Shown piece by piece: positions 1 to 10,878 of a stretch of 64,000 nt of DNA. The position numbers and the translations under genes were made by a program. The notes beneath the pieces are model-generated. The model was not told the DNA's origin. It saw only the letters and a program-made list of their open reading frames with translations, and made no database searches. How positions within the stretch are numbered: position 1 is the stretch's first letter; each line of letters begins with the position of its first letter. Source of the stretch: an uncultured Nitrospiraceae bacterium (GTDB taxonomy: Bacteria > Nitrospirota > Thermodesulfovibrionia > Thermodesulfovibrionales > Dissulfurispiraceae). The DNA lies in NCBI GenBank assembly GCA_963727805.1, contig CAVSHF010000005.1:480001-544000 (forward strand), given 5' to 3'.

Positions 1-74
1 ATCCATCCGCAAAGTACAAAGATAACGAAGGCCACTATCGATATCCGATACTCCATCACCACGTGAACTCTCAT
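1..74 (-). CDS. 5' end of a probable exported or membrane protein running off the window
   Basis: GGAGG 7 nt before ATG at 74; reads MRVHVVMEYRISIVAFVIFVLCGW... (hydrophobic, signal-like). Confidence 0.5.
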   Translation of the reverse strand, partial: MRVHVVMEYRISIVAFVIFVLCGW

Positions 75-90
75 ATCATAGCCTCCATTG

Positions 91-123
91 AAAAGAAAAC
101 CGGGAGAGGTTTCCCCCTCCCGG
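91..123 (-). terminator. Rho-independent terminator of the DUF3373-like gene
   Basis: CCGGGAG...CTCCCGG stem (100-123) followed on the minus strand by TTTTCTTTT, just after the stop at 130. Confidence 0.8.
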
Positions 124-129
124 CGTGTT

Positions 130-1704
130 CTAGAAGAGGACGTCGAAGGTCAGGTAGACATCCTGTGCGTTTTTAAGTACGGGAAAGAACTGAGGGACCG
201 TAGTCGGCCCAGGAGTGGAACTGAGACTGCTAATTTTCGAGGGTGCACCAACCCAGTTGTTACTGCCGCTGTATTGGAAGTCATAATACTGGTAACCGAG
301 CCTAAAGAACGCCTTCCCTCTCTTTGAGATGGGTTTCTTGTTCAGCTCCTGGATTACATATGCTTCAAGTACGCTTCCTCTGGTACCAAGCTTGCTCGTC
401 CACATGTCATCGGATGCGGGAGTAAAGGTTATCCAGTATTCGGACCCGTAGTTGTATTCGAGTCCGAGTTTCGTTCCGGTAGATTTGATATCATACCGTA
501 CACCAGTATAGGCACCGTACCCTGTGCGGCTCTTTTTTCCGGTACTGGAATCCCACATCAGCCCATATTGAGGGAGCATTCCCCCGCCCAAAGCCTGATC
601 GTTCGGGTCCGTATGGCTTGCGGCGGCTGAAAGGAAGAGATTTAAGTCGCCGGGGCCGAGATTGTCGATCTTGCCCGTAACAAGACCTCCGTATTGTGTG
701 ATATTACCAAGATTGGTATTCGGAAAAGATACAGGGCCTAAAAAGGTTTGAAAAGTTGAACTCATGGATTCAGGAAATGCGAAGATGTCGAACCCGCGGC
801 TCACTTGCAATTCCACATGTAAATTGTCGGTGTCATATGGGACAACATTGAAGCCGAGGAAATTAACGTCTTTCATGGAATTGGACGATGTCCTGAACCC
901 GCTGTCGAAGCCCTTACCATAGCAGAGTTTTGCATAAGCACCCGGAAGCACCGAAATATCTGGAGCGACGCCTATCGTGGCCCCGTCAAAAGCATAGTCT
1001 ATCAGCAGTCCCGGTACCCCCGCAGTCCCGATCTTTTCGGTATTCTGTCTGTAATTTGTCGGCACGCCGCCCGTTGAAGGTCTTCTGCCTACCGAGAACC
1101 ATATCGGCTGACTCAATATGTTGCTCCACGTAGCATAAGCGGAGTCGACGCGCAAGGCATTATCTGATGGAGTATGAGTAACATTTCCGTCAAAGACCGA
1201 TTGCTTATCAGCAAAGAAGGCATTATTCCCTGTGACAGGCTCGGAAGTCTCTTCCCCCCAGACCTTGTACATAAGCAATCTCGCTTTGACCTGAATATCT
1301 TCTGTTGCCTTTGCCTTTACATTTAAACCAAGGCGGTTCGTAAGTAAAGATTCGTTCTTGTAAGTCTGTGCATTGGAGGGTCCGTCGAAAGTAAATGCAT
1401 CGTGGGTTTTGCCGGTCAGATAATCATACCTTCCGCGGTAGTCTCCCCCGATCTCAAGCCATGATGGCCCGGCCGCCTCTTCAGCCTTCTTTTCGACCAC
1501 AGCGATCCTGTCATCCTTGACCGCATCTTTTTTCTGGATTTCCTGCATCTGCTGCTTAAGATTATCGAGTTCCTTCGAGAGCATATCGATTTTCTTAAGC
1601 AGATCGTCCTGGTCAACCGCTTGGGCCATGCCCGGCATACTGCACATAAAAAGTACAGTAACCAGCATAAGCCTTACAGCTAATCCGAAGCCAGTTTTTT
1701 TCAT
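130..1704 (-). CDS. DUF3373-family outer-membrane beta-barrel (putative porin)
   Basis: Signal peptide, N-terminal coiled coil, WLEIGGDYRGRYD, WFSVGRRPSTGG, alternating beta-strand pattern, C-terminal Phe; AGGAGG before ATG 1704. Confidence 0.75.
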   Translation of the reverse strand: MKKTGFGLAVRLMLVTVLFMCSMPGMAQAVDQDDLLKKIDMLSKELDNLKQQMQEIQKKDAVKDDRIAVVEKKAEEAAGPSWLEIGGDYRGRYDYLTGKTHDAFTFDGPSNAQTYKNESLLTNRLGLNVKAKATEDIQVKARLLMYKVWGEETSEPVTGNNAFFADKQSVFDGNVTHTPSDNALRVDSAYATWSNILSQPIWFSVGRRPSTGGVPTNYRQNTEKIGTAGVPGLLIDYAFDGATIGVAPDISVLPGAYAKLCYGKGFDSGFRTSSNSMKDVNFLGFNVVPYDTDNLHVELQVSRGFDIFAFPESMSSTFQTFLGPVSFPNTNLGNITQYGGLVTGKIDNLGPGDLNLFLSAAASHTDPNDQALGGGMLPQYGLMWDSSTGKKSRTGYGAYTGVRYDIKSTGTKLGLEYNYGSEYWITFTPASDDMWTSKLGTRGSVLEAYVIQELNKKPISKRGKAFFRLGYQYYDFQYSGSNNWVGAPSKISSLSSTPGPTTVPQFFPVLKNAQDVYLTFDVLF

Positions 1705-1763
1705 TGCCACCTCCTGATTTGTATTCTCCTGCCAAAGGCAGGTCCTCTTTTAAGAGAAGAGAT

Positions 1764-1779
1764 AGCAATGTCTGTGCCT
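1764..1779 (-). promoter_or_regulatory. sigma54 (-24/-12) promoter of the porin gene
   Basis: Minus strand AGGCACAGACATTGCT = GG-N10-GC. Confidence 0.65.
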
Positions 1780-1959
1780 CGCTAACCGGATAAACCAAGA
1801 TCCTAAATGTAATCAAATTACATCTATATTTTAATTAGTTGCAGAATTTCGATTCTGAGGCTGCAATAAAGATGCGTTTAGAGATACGTTAAGAGATTAA
1901 CGCCTTAACATGGAGATTAACAGTCGGAGGGCAAAATGCAATGGACAAGAGGACTTAAT

Positions 1960-3486
1960 CTAGCCTTTCGATCGTTCGTAGGTTTCCTCGAACTCACCCG
2001 CCAGGTTCTTGAAGGCTTGCAGCACCAACGGATCGAAGTGATGAGGCATAGTCCTGCCATCCCCTTCCACAATAATCCGGTATACGGTTTTATGGTCGAA
2101 CGATGGCTTATATACCCGCTCATTCCGAAGCGCGTCATACTGGTCTGCTATAGTAACTATCCTCCCTTCGAGAGGGATCTGATCACTCACCAGACCAAGG
2201 GGATATCCGCTCCCATCCCATCTTTCATGGTGAGTCAACGCGATATTGCCCGCCATCCCCAGCCTGAGATGCTCCCCGATGATCTTCTTACCGTAGAGAG
2301 TATGCTTCTTTATCTCCTCCCATTCTTCCGGAGTATGCTTTCCCGGCTTCTTCAGGATATCGGGAGGAGTATGGATCTTGCCGACATCGTGCATCTGCGC
2401 CTGGATTCTTATTGTCCTCACAAAAGCCTCGGGCATGCCAAGCTTGCGGGCGATTAGGGAACTGTATTCGCCAACCCTCACAATATGGTTTCCTGTATCC
2501 TCATCATTCAGTTCCGATGCGCGGGCAAGGGCATAAACAGTGTACTCGAAGGCATCCTCAGTCTCTTTGATTTGACTCGAGAGCGATTTCAAAAATAGGG
2601 CCTGCATAACCAGGCTGTCGAGGACAGCTGCGTCATGGGACGTGATATCTCTCCCATAATCCATAGCGATGATGCAAAAATCGTGGCTCGCGTGGAGAAC
2701 CATGTTAACGGTGCTCATGTTGAGCAAGCCGGCAATCTTCAAAAAGGGCTGAGTTTCGGATCGCATCATATCAGACGTATTGCAGATCAAGGTTGCCGAT
2801 TTTCCCTTTTCGGGCAAACTAACTGTGCACTGGATATCTCCGTGCAGTTCGTTCCTGCTCAGTCCTGCAAAAGCATATTCATATTGATACCACTTCCATG
2901 TGCTCAATCGTTCGTCAAATACTCCGACGACAACCACGCGTGGTTTGTCACTCGTTTCGGGGTCCCTCCGTATAATCTGCCCGACGATACTGTCGATCTT
3001 CGACATAAACTCAAAAGAGAAAGGATCAAACGCCTTGACGATACTCTCTCCGAATGAAACAAGATTATTTATATTGGCATACGCCGAATTGAGGCTGTCG
3101 TTCAGCTCCTTCATCCTAAGGAGCATTTTAATCCTTGCCACTACTTCAGCCTGATCAAACGGCTTTGATATAAAATCCTCAGCACCAGCCTCGATACCTT
3201 TGATGCGGTCCTTCTTCGACGCCAGTGCGGTAATCATGACAACAGGAATATTCCGGTAACGCTCGTCATTTTTAATGGCCTTGCATACTTCAAAACCGTT
3301 CATTTCGGGCATCATGACATCCAGAAGAGCCAGATCGATATTGAGCTTTCCAATCTGGTCAAGAGCCTCCCTGCCGTTCTGCGCCTTGACAACCTCATAC
3401 CCCCGGGGAACCAGCACCGCTTCAAGGAGCTTCAGATTAGCCGGTTCGTCATCTGCGCACAGTATTTTTTTTATGCCCCTAAGCAT
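1960..3486 (-). CDS. Response regulator with HD-GYP phosphodiesterase domain
   Basis: Receiver (ADDE, LDVMMP, SKPF); HDVGK and HHERWDGSGYP motifs. Confidence 0.92.
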   Translation of the reverse strand: MLRGIKKILCADDEPANLKLLEAVLVPRGYEVVKAQNGREALDQIGKLNIDLALLDVMMPEMNGFEVCKAIKNDERYRNIPVVMITALASKKDRIKGIEAGAEDFISKPFDQAEVVARIKMLLRMKELNDSLNSAYANINNLVSFGESIVKAFDPFSFEFMSKIDSIVGQIIRRDPETSDKPRVVVVGVFDERLSTWKWYQYEYAFAGLSRNELHGDIQCTVSLPEKGKSATLICNTSDMMRSETQPFLKIAGLLNMSTVNMVLHASHDFCIIAMDYGRDITSHDAAVLDSLVMQALFLKSLSSQIKETEDAFEYTVYALARASELNDEDTGNHIVRVGEYSSLIARKLGMPEAFVRTIRIQAQMHDVGKIHTPPDILKKPGKHTPEEWEEIKKHTLYGKKIIGEHLRLGMAGNIALTHHERWDGSGYPLGLVSDQIPLEGRIVTIADQYDALRNERVYKPSFDHKTVYRIIVEGDGRTMPHHFDPLVLQAFKNLAGEFEETYERSKG

Positions 3487-4050
3487 GTCCCTCTCTCGCC
3501 TGAATATTTATTCTCTATTTTACTATACCGGCACTACTCTACGCCTCTTTTACATTTCTCCCGAAAGAGACTTTAGATTGCCCAAGACGATGAAAATGAT
3601 CAAGCTCATGATGACTAACCCATCAGAAGGTTCTTTACAATGCAGCCATTATCCATAATATTCGTATGCCTTCCCACAAAGTTATCTGACCTGCAAAATA
3701 TAAACCACTCAATATCAATTGTAGGAGAATACATGCTGATTGTCGATCACTTTTAAATCCCTAATACCAACGGCAACGCTGATCTCCGCCTGAACGAGTT
3801 GCGTCTTCTTTATCAGAGCGCATCATTTCATAGGCAAAATTAAATTACGTACTAGAGTAGTATCGCAATATTTTAGGATATATTAGGAGAGGTGATTAGT
3901 ATTGTGTAGATGGACTATGGGAGTGGTGTTATGCCCTTGAATGATAGTAATTTCACCAAAACACTATGCATAATAACTCAGCGTCACGCACATCAGCGTA
4001 TTATTAACTTACAGATCAATTAGATCCAGGCGGCATGGGAGGATTGCCTA

Positions 4051-4066
4051 TGGCATGACACTTGCT
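4051..4066 (+). promoter_or_regulatory. sigma54 promoter
   Basis: TGGCATGACACTTGCT; -12 C is 13 nt before GTG 4078. Confidence 0.65.
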
Positions 4067-4077
4067 TCTATTATTCC

Positions 4078-4452
4078 GTGAAAAAAATATTAGTGGTTGA
4101 CGATAATGACTTGATGCTTTATAGCTTTGTGAAGACTTTTTGTCGCTACCCTGCGGAAATCTCCATCGCCCGCAACGGCATCGATGCATTGGTCAAGATT
4201 TCGTCTGACTTATACGACGTGTGTCTACTTGACACTCCCCTTTCTGATATCGACGGTATCGATATCATGAAGCGGATAAAGACGCTTTCGCCAGCCACAA
4301 AGATAGCATTTATCACGGCATCGCCTATGAGTGATGATTCAAGGGATTTCGTTGAAAAAGAGTCAATACATTCTATTTCAAAGCCTTTCGAACTGGCCGA
4401 AATGAAAATGATCATCAAAAATTTACTGGAGGATGCAAGTCCGTCTCTATAA
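4078..4452 (+). CDS. Single-domain response regulator (receiver)
   Basis: ILVVDDN, CLLD, SKPF; paralog of 47959..48333. Confidence 0.85.
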   Translation: MKKILVVDDNDLMLYSFVKTFCRYPAEISIARNGIDALVKISSDLYDVCLLDTPLSDIDGIDIMKRIKTLSPATKIAFITASPMSDDSRDFVEKESIHSISKPFELAEMKMIIKNLLEDASPSL

Positions 4453-4604
4453 AATCACTGGACCGCTTAGATGTGCCATCGTTGACAGTCAACAGGGGGA
4501 AAAGGGACATTTTCATTTTACCGAAAATCAGACATTATTTATTTTACCTTGACAGAAATATGCAATAGATTGACAGTTACATAAAATTTTGTTAATAAAG
4601 AAGT

Positions 4605-5231
4605 ATGCATAGATACAATTCTTCAGGTATGCTAATGATTAGGCTCTTCCATATATTATATTTTCTGGTGATAGTTCTCTTTTGGGTCGCGTCCGAATCG
4701 GCCCGGGCATCTGACTGTCTCGAATGCCACAAGGATCTAACAGAGGGCAAGGTAGTGCATGCGGCCGTTCAGATGGGTTGCGAAAGCTGCCACACAGGGG
4801 TTGACGCATCCGCGATTCCGCATAAGTTCATCGGCAACAAAGGGCTCAAGGCACAACCTCCAACTCTTTGTTATGAATGCCATTCCAAGGATACTTTTAC
4901 AAAAAAAATTCAGCACGTCCCAGTTTCAAAAGGTATGTGCCTGAGCTGCCATGTCCCGCATTCGGGGCCGAACGACGCACTGCTTTTGAAGGATACATAC
5001 CAGCTTTGTATACAATGTCATGAGAATGTCGACAAAAAGCCCCACGCGGTGTTCGGTACCCCTCCGCGAAGTCACGTGCTCAGGGGCCATCAAGATCCCA
5101 ATCGGGAAGGGAAGCGTTTTGATTGCTTAAGTTGTCATTTGCCTCACTCCTCTGCCTGGGGGAAATTATTCCGATATGAAGCACAGAACACAGCAGGGCT
5201 CTGCAAGAATTGTCATGATTTTATGCAGTAA
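4605..5231 (+). CDS. Periplasmic 7-heme cytochrome c
   Basis: Signal peptide and 7 CxxCH motifs, with H-P-V and CHxPH doubled-CxxCH pattern; start may be a later ATG. Confidence 0.9.
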   Translation: MHRYNSSGMLMIRLFHILYFLVIVLFWVASESARASDCLECHKDLTEGKVVHAAVQMGCESCHTGVDASAIPHKFIGNKGLKAQPPTLCYECHSKDTFTKKIQHVPVSKGMCLSCHVPHSGPNDALLLKDTYQLCIQCHENVDKKPHAVFGTPPRSHVLRGHQDPNREGKRFDCLSCHLPHSSAWGKLFRYEAQNTAGLCKNCHDFMQ

Positions 5232-5301
5232 AGCTAATTGATCAATCAGGCGTGACATCTCTTGATTATTGGATTTCTGAACAGCACATCGTTGAGCTAG
5301 A

Positions 5302-6445
5302 ATTGATGGCAGTAGTGATGTTCTTGATATAGGGGTTTGCGGAACAGAAGGGGTCTATTTTGCAACCTTCCACGAACGGCTGGACGGCGAGTCATAACCC
5401 CATTGACTATAATGGCATGAAACTGGTGCAGGAGGATGCGCGACCGATCAGCGGAGATACCGGTTTTAACGACATCAAGGAACTGGTGCGAGCCAACTGT
5501 TTTGAACCGGTGGATAGAATCGGAACCGTTGTGCCGTTGAACATCGAGTCTGCATATATATCCCACCTGCTTGGCTACGTGGACGTCTCTTCCCTGCGTC
5601 CGCTGAAGGTTGTAGTGAATTCTGGAAACGGCTGCGCCGGCAGGGTCATTGACCTACTTGAAAAGAGTCTTCCGGTATCGTTTATCAAAGTAAATCACCA
5701 ACCGGACGGGAGCTTTCCCAACGGTGTACCAAACCCTCTGCTGCCTGAAAATCGTGCCGCGACGATTGCCGCTGTGCGGGACAGCCGGGCGGACATCGGT
5801 ATTGCCTGGGACGGTGATTTTGACCGCTGTTTTTTGTTTGATGAACAGGGTGCGTTTGTCGAAGGTTACTATGTAGTTGGGCTCTTGTCATCTGCCATTC
5901 TGGCAAAGCACCCAAGTGGCCGCATCATTCACGACCCGCGTCTTACCTGGAATACAGTGGACATGGCGAGCAATGCCGGCGGGGTTCCGGTCATGACCAA
6001 GACAGGGCATGCATTCATCAAAGAACGAATGCGTGCGGAAGATGCTGTGTATGGTGGAGAGATGAGCGCTCACCATTATTTCAGGGATTTCGCTTATTGT
6101 GACAGCGGCATGATCCCTTGGCTTCTGGTGCTGGAGATTATGAGCAGTACCGGGCTGGCATTATCGAAGCTCGTCGTCGATAGGATCGGGCTTTTTCCGG
6201 TCAGCGGCGAGATCAACCGGACACTTGCCAATCCCGAAGCAGCCATCGAACGGATACGTCAGCACTACATTCCGCTGCATCCGGGCGTTGACTACACCGA
6301 CGGCCTTTCTAGGGAGTTTGAACAGTGGCGTTTTAACATTCGTCGTTCCCACACAGAGCCTGTTGTTCGCCTCAATGTCGAAGCGAGGGGCGATGAGACC
6401 CTCATGCGGGAGAAGACATAAGAGCTCCTCCGCCTGATAGATTAA
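5302..6445 (+). pseudogene. manB: Phosphomannomutase pseudogene
   Basis: [21 protein letters not shown] motifs; N-terminus missing; [19 protein letters not shown] sits in another frame upstream; in-frame TAA in ...EKT*ELLRLID*. Confidence 0.85.
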
Positions 6446-6476
6446 ATCCTCAAATGAGAACAAGGAGAGCTGTCGC

Positions 6477-7562
6477 ATGAAAAAAGCGCTTATTACCGGT
6501 ATCACGGGCCAGGACGGGGCATATCTGGCAGAATTCCTGCTCAAGAAAGGGTACATTGTGCATGGAATTAAACGCAGGGCGTCTATGTTTAATACAGGTA
6601 GGATCGACCATTTGTACCAGGACCCCCATGAGAAACAATTGAATTTAGTGTTGCATTATGGTGATCTTACGGATTCGACCAATCTAATTCGTATCATTCA
6701 GGAAGTGCAGCCTGATGAAATTTATAACCTTGCGGCACAGAGCCATGTGAAAGTTTCTTTTGAAACGCCGGAGTACACAGCGAATTCAGATGCCGTGGGG
6801 ACATTGAGACTTCTTGAAGCAATCAGGATATTAAGTTTGGAGAAAAAGACACGTTTCTATCAGGCCTCAACCTCGGAATTATACGGGAAAGTCCAGGAAT
6901 CGCCCCAAACAGAGAAAACCCCCTTTTACCCCAGAAGTCCTTATGCCGCTGCAAAACTCTACGCATATTGGATAACGGTGAACTACCGTGAAGCGTATGG
7001 TTTATTCGCCTGTAACGGCATTCTTTTCAACCACGAATCGCCGTTACGGGGTGAGACTTTTGTCACTAGAAAAATTACAAGGGCCGTGGCGAGGAAGAAG
7101 CTCGGCTTGCAGGATAAGCTTTTCTTGGGGAGTTTGGATTCCAGGCGTGACTGGGGCCATGCCAAAGATTACGTAGAGGCACAGTGGCTGATGCTTCAGC
7201 AGGACAGCCCTGAAGATTATGTGATAGCCACTGGCGAGCAGCATTCCGTCCGGGACTTTGTCGAAGCGGCTTTTAATGAAATCGGGATCAGGGTCAGCTG
7301 GGAAGGGAAGGGTATTAGCGAAAAAGGGTACGATTATCATAAAGGTGAGGTCCTGGTGGAGGTTGATCCGAGATATTTCCGCCCGACAGAAGTGGAGACA
7401 TTACTTGGTGATCCGTCTAAAGCAGCAGAAAAGCTGGGATGGAAGGCGAAAATCGGCTTTCATGAGCTGGTTGCTGAGATGGTAAGAGAGGACATAAAAG
7501 AAGCCGAGCGAGATCTGTTCTGTAAAAAAAGCGGGTTTAAAACATTCAGATATTATGAATAA
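6477..7562 (+). CDS. gmd: GDP-mannose 4,6-dehydratase
   Basis: [41 protein letters not shown]. Confidence 0.97.
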   Translation: MKKALITGITGQDGAYLAEFLLKKGYIVHGIKRRASMFNTGRIDHLYQDPHEKQLNLVLHYGDLTDSTNLIRIIQEVQPDEIYNLAAQSHVKVSFETPEYTANSDAVGTLRLLEAIRILSLEKKTRFYQASTSELYGKVQESPQTEKTPFYPRSPYAAAKLYAYWITVNYREAYGLFACNGILFNHESPLRGETFVTRKITRAVARKKLGLQDKLFLGSLDSRRDWGHAKDYVEAQWLMLQQDSPEDYVIATGEQHSVRDFVEAAFNEIGIRVSWEGKGISEKGYDYHKGEVLVEVDPRYFRPTEVETLLGDPSKAAEKLGWKAKIGFHELVAEMVREDIKEAERDLFCKKSGFKTFRYYE

Positions 7563-8550
7563 ATCAGCGAAAATATATGTTGCCGGACACCGGGGACTTG
7601 CAGGTTCGGCAATCGTCCGCAAGCTTAACGCAGAGGGCTATACCAAATTAATAGTGCGCACTAGCAACGAACTGGACCTGCGAAATCAGGCTGATGTTGC
7701 TGTTTTTTTCGAGCGGGAAAGGCCGGAATATGTTTTTCTCGCTGCGGCAAAGGTAGGCGGCATTGTCGCCAATAACACCTATCCGGCTGAATTCATTTAC
7801 GATAACCTGATGATCCAGAGCAACATCATTCACCAGTCTTATCTAACCGGTGTAAAAAGACTGCTGTTTTTGGGAAGCACTTGTATCTATCCAAAGCATG
7901 CCCCACAGCCCATGAAAGAAGAATACTTTCTCACCGGACCGCTGGAGCCAACCAACGATGCGTATGCTGTGGCCAAGATAGCAGGAATCACCATGTGCCG
8001 CTCATACAATCGCCAGTATGGCACACAGTTTTTAGCTGCCATGCCGACAAATCTGTATGGACCGGGCGATAACTTTGAACTTGAGACCTCCCATGTCCTG
8101 CCGGCACTTATGCGCAAGTTTCACGAAGCACAGGCTTCCGCAACTCCGACGGTAACTGTCTGGGGCAGCGGTACTCCGAAACGGGAATTTCTGCATGTTG
8201 ACGACCTCGCAGACGCCTGCCTGTTCCTAATGAATCTTCCCAAGGATGAATTCTTATCAATTCTCACACATTGCGATTCGCCTGCCCTGATAAACGTAGG
8301 CAGCGGTGAAGAGAGGACAATCCGTGAGCTGGCGCTTCTCATAAAGGAGATAGTTGGCTTTACCGGGGCGCTGGAATTTGACGGTACAAAACCCGACGGA
8401 ACGCCACGCAAACTCAGCGATATCGGCAAGATCGCAACGCTCGGGTGGAGACATAAGATCAAGTTGGAAAATGGCATAAGGAGAACGTATGAGTGGTATA
8501 GGGCATCCGAGCCTCTTCACTATCCCCCTGAACCACCGACCCCAGCATAG
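7555..8550 (+). CDS. fcl: GDP-L-fucose synthase
   Basis: [36 protein letters not shown]; overlaps gmd. Confidence 0.96.
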   Translation: MNKSAKIYVAGHRGLAGSAIVRKLNAEGYTKLIVRTSNELDLRNQADVAVFFERERPEYVFLAAAKVGGIVANNTYPAEFIYDNLMIQSNIIHQSYLTGVKRLLFLGSTCIYPKHAPQPMKEEYFLTGPLEPTNDAYAVAKIAGITMCRSYNRQYGTQFLAAMPTNLYGPGDNFELETSHVLPALMRKFHEAQASATPTVTVWGSGTPKREFLHVDDLADACLFLMNLPKDEFLSILTHCDSPALINVGSGEERTIRELALLIKEIVGFTGALEFDGTKPDGTPRKLSDIGKIATLGWRHKIKLENGIRRTYEWYRASEPLHYPPEPPTPA

Positions 8551-8771
8551 CTGAGGCCATAATGCATAGCAAGGTAATATGTGGGACTATGAGTTTCTTA
8601 TCCTTGCACGGGTGATCATATTTTTATCGGCTGCATATATATTATGCAATACCGTCCGAGCCGATTGAATCCACATAAGCTCGTTGCCGCACCGGATTAC
8701 CAAGGGAATAACGGCAATTTGACTATATCTTTTTTTCAACAGTAGGCGCAGCCCAGTTAGGGATAAGGTAT

Positions 8772-9083
8772 TTACTTCTCCTTTGATTCAAGCATGAACT
8801 TGTACAAAGCCTGGCACCTATCTAATCTTCGCAGATAAACTCTTCTCTGTATTTCGTCTTGTTTTTGGATAATTGGCTTTAACCTGTCACACCTATCAAT
8901 CAACTGCGTTAGCTGATCCTTTGTTAAGTCCATCGCGTCATCAGTCTGTGAGCAGACCGCCTCAAATTCCCTTTGCCACGCATCCACTGCATACACAAGT
9001 CCCGGTTCTGAGAATGTCGCAGCAAAAAAAGTAGCCAAAGAGATGATACAGAATATAAAACCTATCACCCCTGATGCTTTCAT
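8772..9083 (-). CDS. Small exported helical protein, last gene of the cytochrome operon
   Basis: Signal peptide; 4-bp overlap with upstream gene; three Cys in the mature part, no CxxCH. Confidence 0.75.
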   Translation of the reverse strand: MKASGVIGFIFCIISLATFFAATFSEPGLVYAVDAWQREFEAVCSQTDDAMDLTKDQLTQLIDRCDRLKPIIQKQDEIQRRVYLRRLDRCQALYKFMLESKEK

Positions 9084-9994
9084 TTGTCTGTTCCATGGTT
9101 GTGACCGAGGTTTTGCTTAACAGGTTGCCGTTCATTCTCACTGGATTCCGGTTGCTGAAGCGGTTCCCGTTGTTCGGGCTGATGCTCAGACTGTTCATCG
9201 ACCAACTTTGTATGGCATCTCTGACAATCAAGCAATGGAAAAGCGACTTTCCCATGGCATACACCGCAATACTTTCCTTCAAAGATCTCCGGCATGGAGT
9301 ATTTGGTTAGCCCTTTTTTCACCCCTGAGAATATTTCAGGATGACACAATTCACAACCGTTCCAAACAATATGTTTCTTATGAGAAAAGATGATCTGAGG
9401 CATCCCCTCAACTTTGGGCTCCAGAGAAAAATCTTTCTGAATTTTAAGCGATGGCCTCTTCACAGATATTCCCGGTAGAAATCCAATCGGATTGATCAAA
9501 CCTCTTTCTTCTGCCTTTTCCCAATCTATGCCGTTGCCAAACCGTTCCTTCGGCAATTTTTCAGTAAACTTACTAAAATCGTATTCTTTTTTCACCTCTT
9601 TGCCCAAGGAATGGCATCTCTCACATCTATTCAAATCCTTATGTCCATACTCCTTTGAACATGCTTCAAAGACCTTTCTGTCCTGCCATTGCATCTTACC
9701 ATTGTGACATGTACCGCAATAGTATCCTTTACTGTTGTCTGCCGCCCTAATGCCTGTCGCTCCGGCCTTCATCGCAAATGCGATATCTACGTGGCAAAGC
9801 CTACAAGTGAAATTAGATCTATGAAGCCAGTGGTCAAATACAACTGGAGCCAAATAAGCTTTTTCCGAGTAATTATTAATCACAACCCTTCCATATTCGA
9901 ACGGTAAGGGTCTTTTTTTCTTTACCCCGGTTTGAGCTAGCGTCAAGCCCGCAAAGGCAAGAACTAAAATCAGTATCACAAATACTCTCTTCAT
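9080..9994 (-). CDS. c7-type hexaheme cytochrome (two triheme domains)
   Basis: 6 CxxCH; FDHWLH and FSHKKH c7 motifs; GGGAGG before ATG 9994; Gln-rich tail. Confidence 0.88.
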   Translation of the reverse strand: MKRVFVILILVLAFAGLTLAQTGVKKKRPLPFEYGRVVINNYSEKAYLAPVVFDHWLHRSNFTCRLCHVDIAFAMKAGATGIRAADNSKGYYCGTCHNGKMQWQDRKVFEACSKEYGHKDLNRCERCHSLGKEVKKEYDFSKFTEKLPKERFGNGIDWEKAEERGLINPIGFLPGISVKRPSLKIQKDFSLEPKVEGMPQIIFSHKKHIVWNGCELCHPEIFSGVKKGLTKYSMPEIFEGKYCGVCHGKVAFPLLDCQRCHTKLVDEQSEHQPEQREPLQQPESSENERQPVKQNLGHNHGTDK

Positions 9995-10058
9995 ATGTTT
10001 CCTCCCCATGCTGACTTAACAAGACGGTCCTCAAAAGTATTGGGCGGTCATCTCCCGA

Positions 10059-10871
10059 TTAATGCAACTGCTTCACATGACACCTCTGGCATTCGGCAAT
10101 CGGGAAAGCTACATTGAGATGACATAAACCGCAGTATTCCCCCCTCGCGATCTCGAACATCGTATATTTCACGTCACCTCTCTTGACGCTCGGAAAAATT
10201 TCGGGGTGGCAGACCTCACAGCCGTTCCACTTGGCATGTTTCTTATGGGAGAATATTATGTCTGCTGATATCCATTGGCCCCTTGCCTTGATAATGAAAT
10301 CCTCTTGCGGCTTAATCGCTTTCCTCTTCACCGATATCCCTTTTAAAAAATCAACAAGGTGAATTCTGCCCTCTTCTTCAGCTGCCTCCCAATCTATACC
10401 GTTGCCGAGTCCTTTTTTAGGGAGGCGCTCAGTAAAGGTAGCAAAGTCGTATTCTTTCTTGACTTCCTTATCGAAAGAATGACACCGGTCACAACGCTGA
10501 TCCTTCACATCCTCCGATTTGGTAGAGCAAGTCGCAAACACTTTCTTGTCTTCAAAAACAAAAGTGCCGTTATGACATGACCCGCAATAAAATCCTTTTT
10601 CGTTTGTTTCAGCTTTGATTCTGGTTCCCCCCGCCTCCATGGCGAACCCAATATCCACATGACACAGCCTGCAGGTAAAACGAGCTCTGTGGAGCCAATG
10701 ATTAAATACCACAGGAGCACGGCCGGCACGGACCGAATAATTCTTTATAACGACCTGTCCATATTCCTGAGGGGGTACCGCGGTAAAAGCGGACAGTTCA
10801 TTGTTAACGCCAAGAACTCCGCCAATGACAAGGAAAACTATGCCCCAATTAATCACTCCTCTCAATAACAT
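10059..10871 (-). CDS. c7-type hexaheme cytochrome, paralog of 9080..9994
   Basis: 6 CxxCH; FNHWLH and FSHKKH; GNGIDWE shared with the neighbour. Confidence 0.88.
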   Translation of the reverse strand: MLLRGVINWGIVFLVIGGVLGVNNELSAFTAVPPQEYGQVVIKNYSVRAGRAPVVFNHWLHRARFTCRLCHVDIGFAMEAGGTRIKAETNEKGFYCGSCHNGTFVFEDKKVFATCSTKSEDVKDQRCDRCHSFDKEVKKEYDFATFTERLPKKGLGNGIDWEAAEEEGRIHLVDFLKGISVKRKAIKPQEDFIIKARGQWISADIIFSHKKHAKWNGCEVCHPEIFPSVKRGDVKYTMFEIARGEYCGLCHLNVAFPIAECQRCHVKQLH

Positions 10872-10878
10872 GGCATCA

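Noticed and set aside
6419..6445. Stop-codon read-through in manB
   Set aside because: The stop is TAA and the gene has other inactivating lesions
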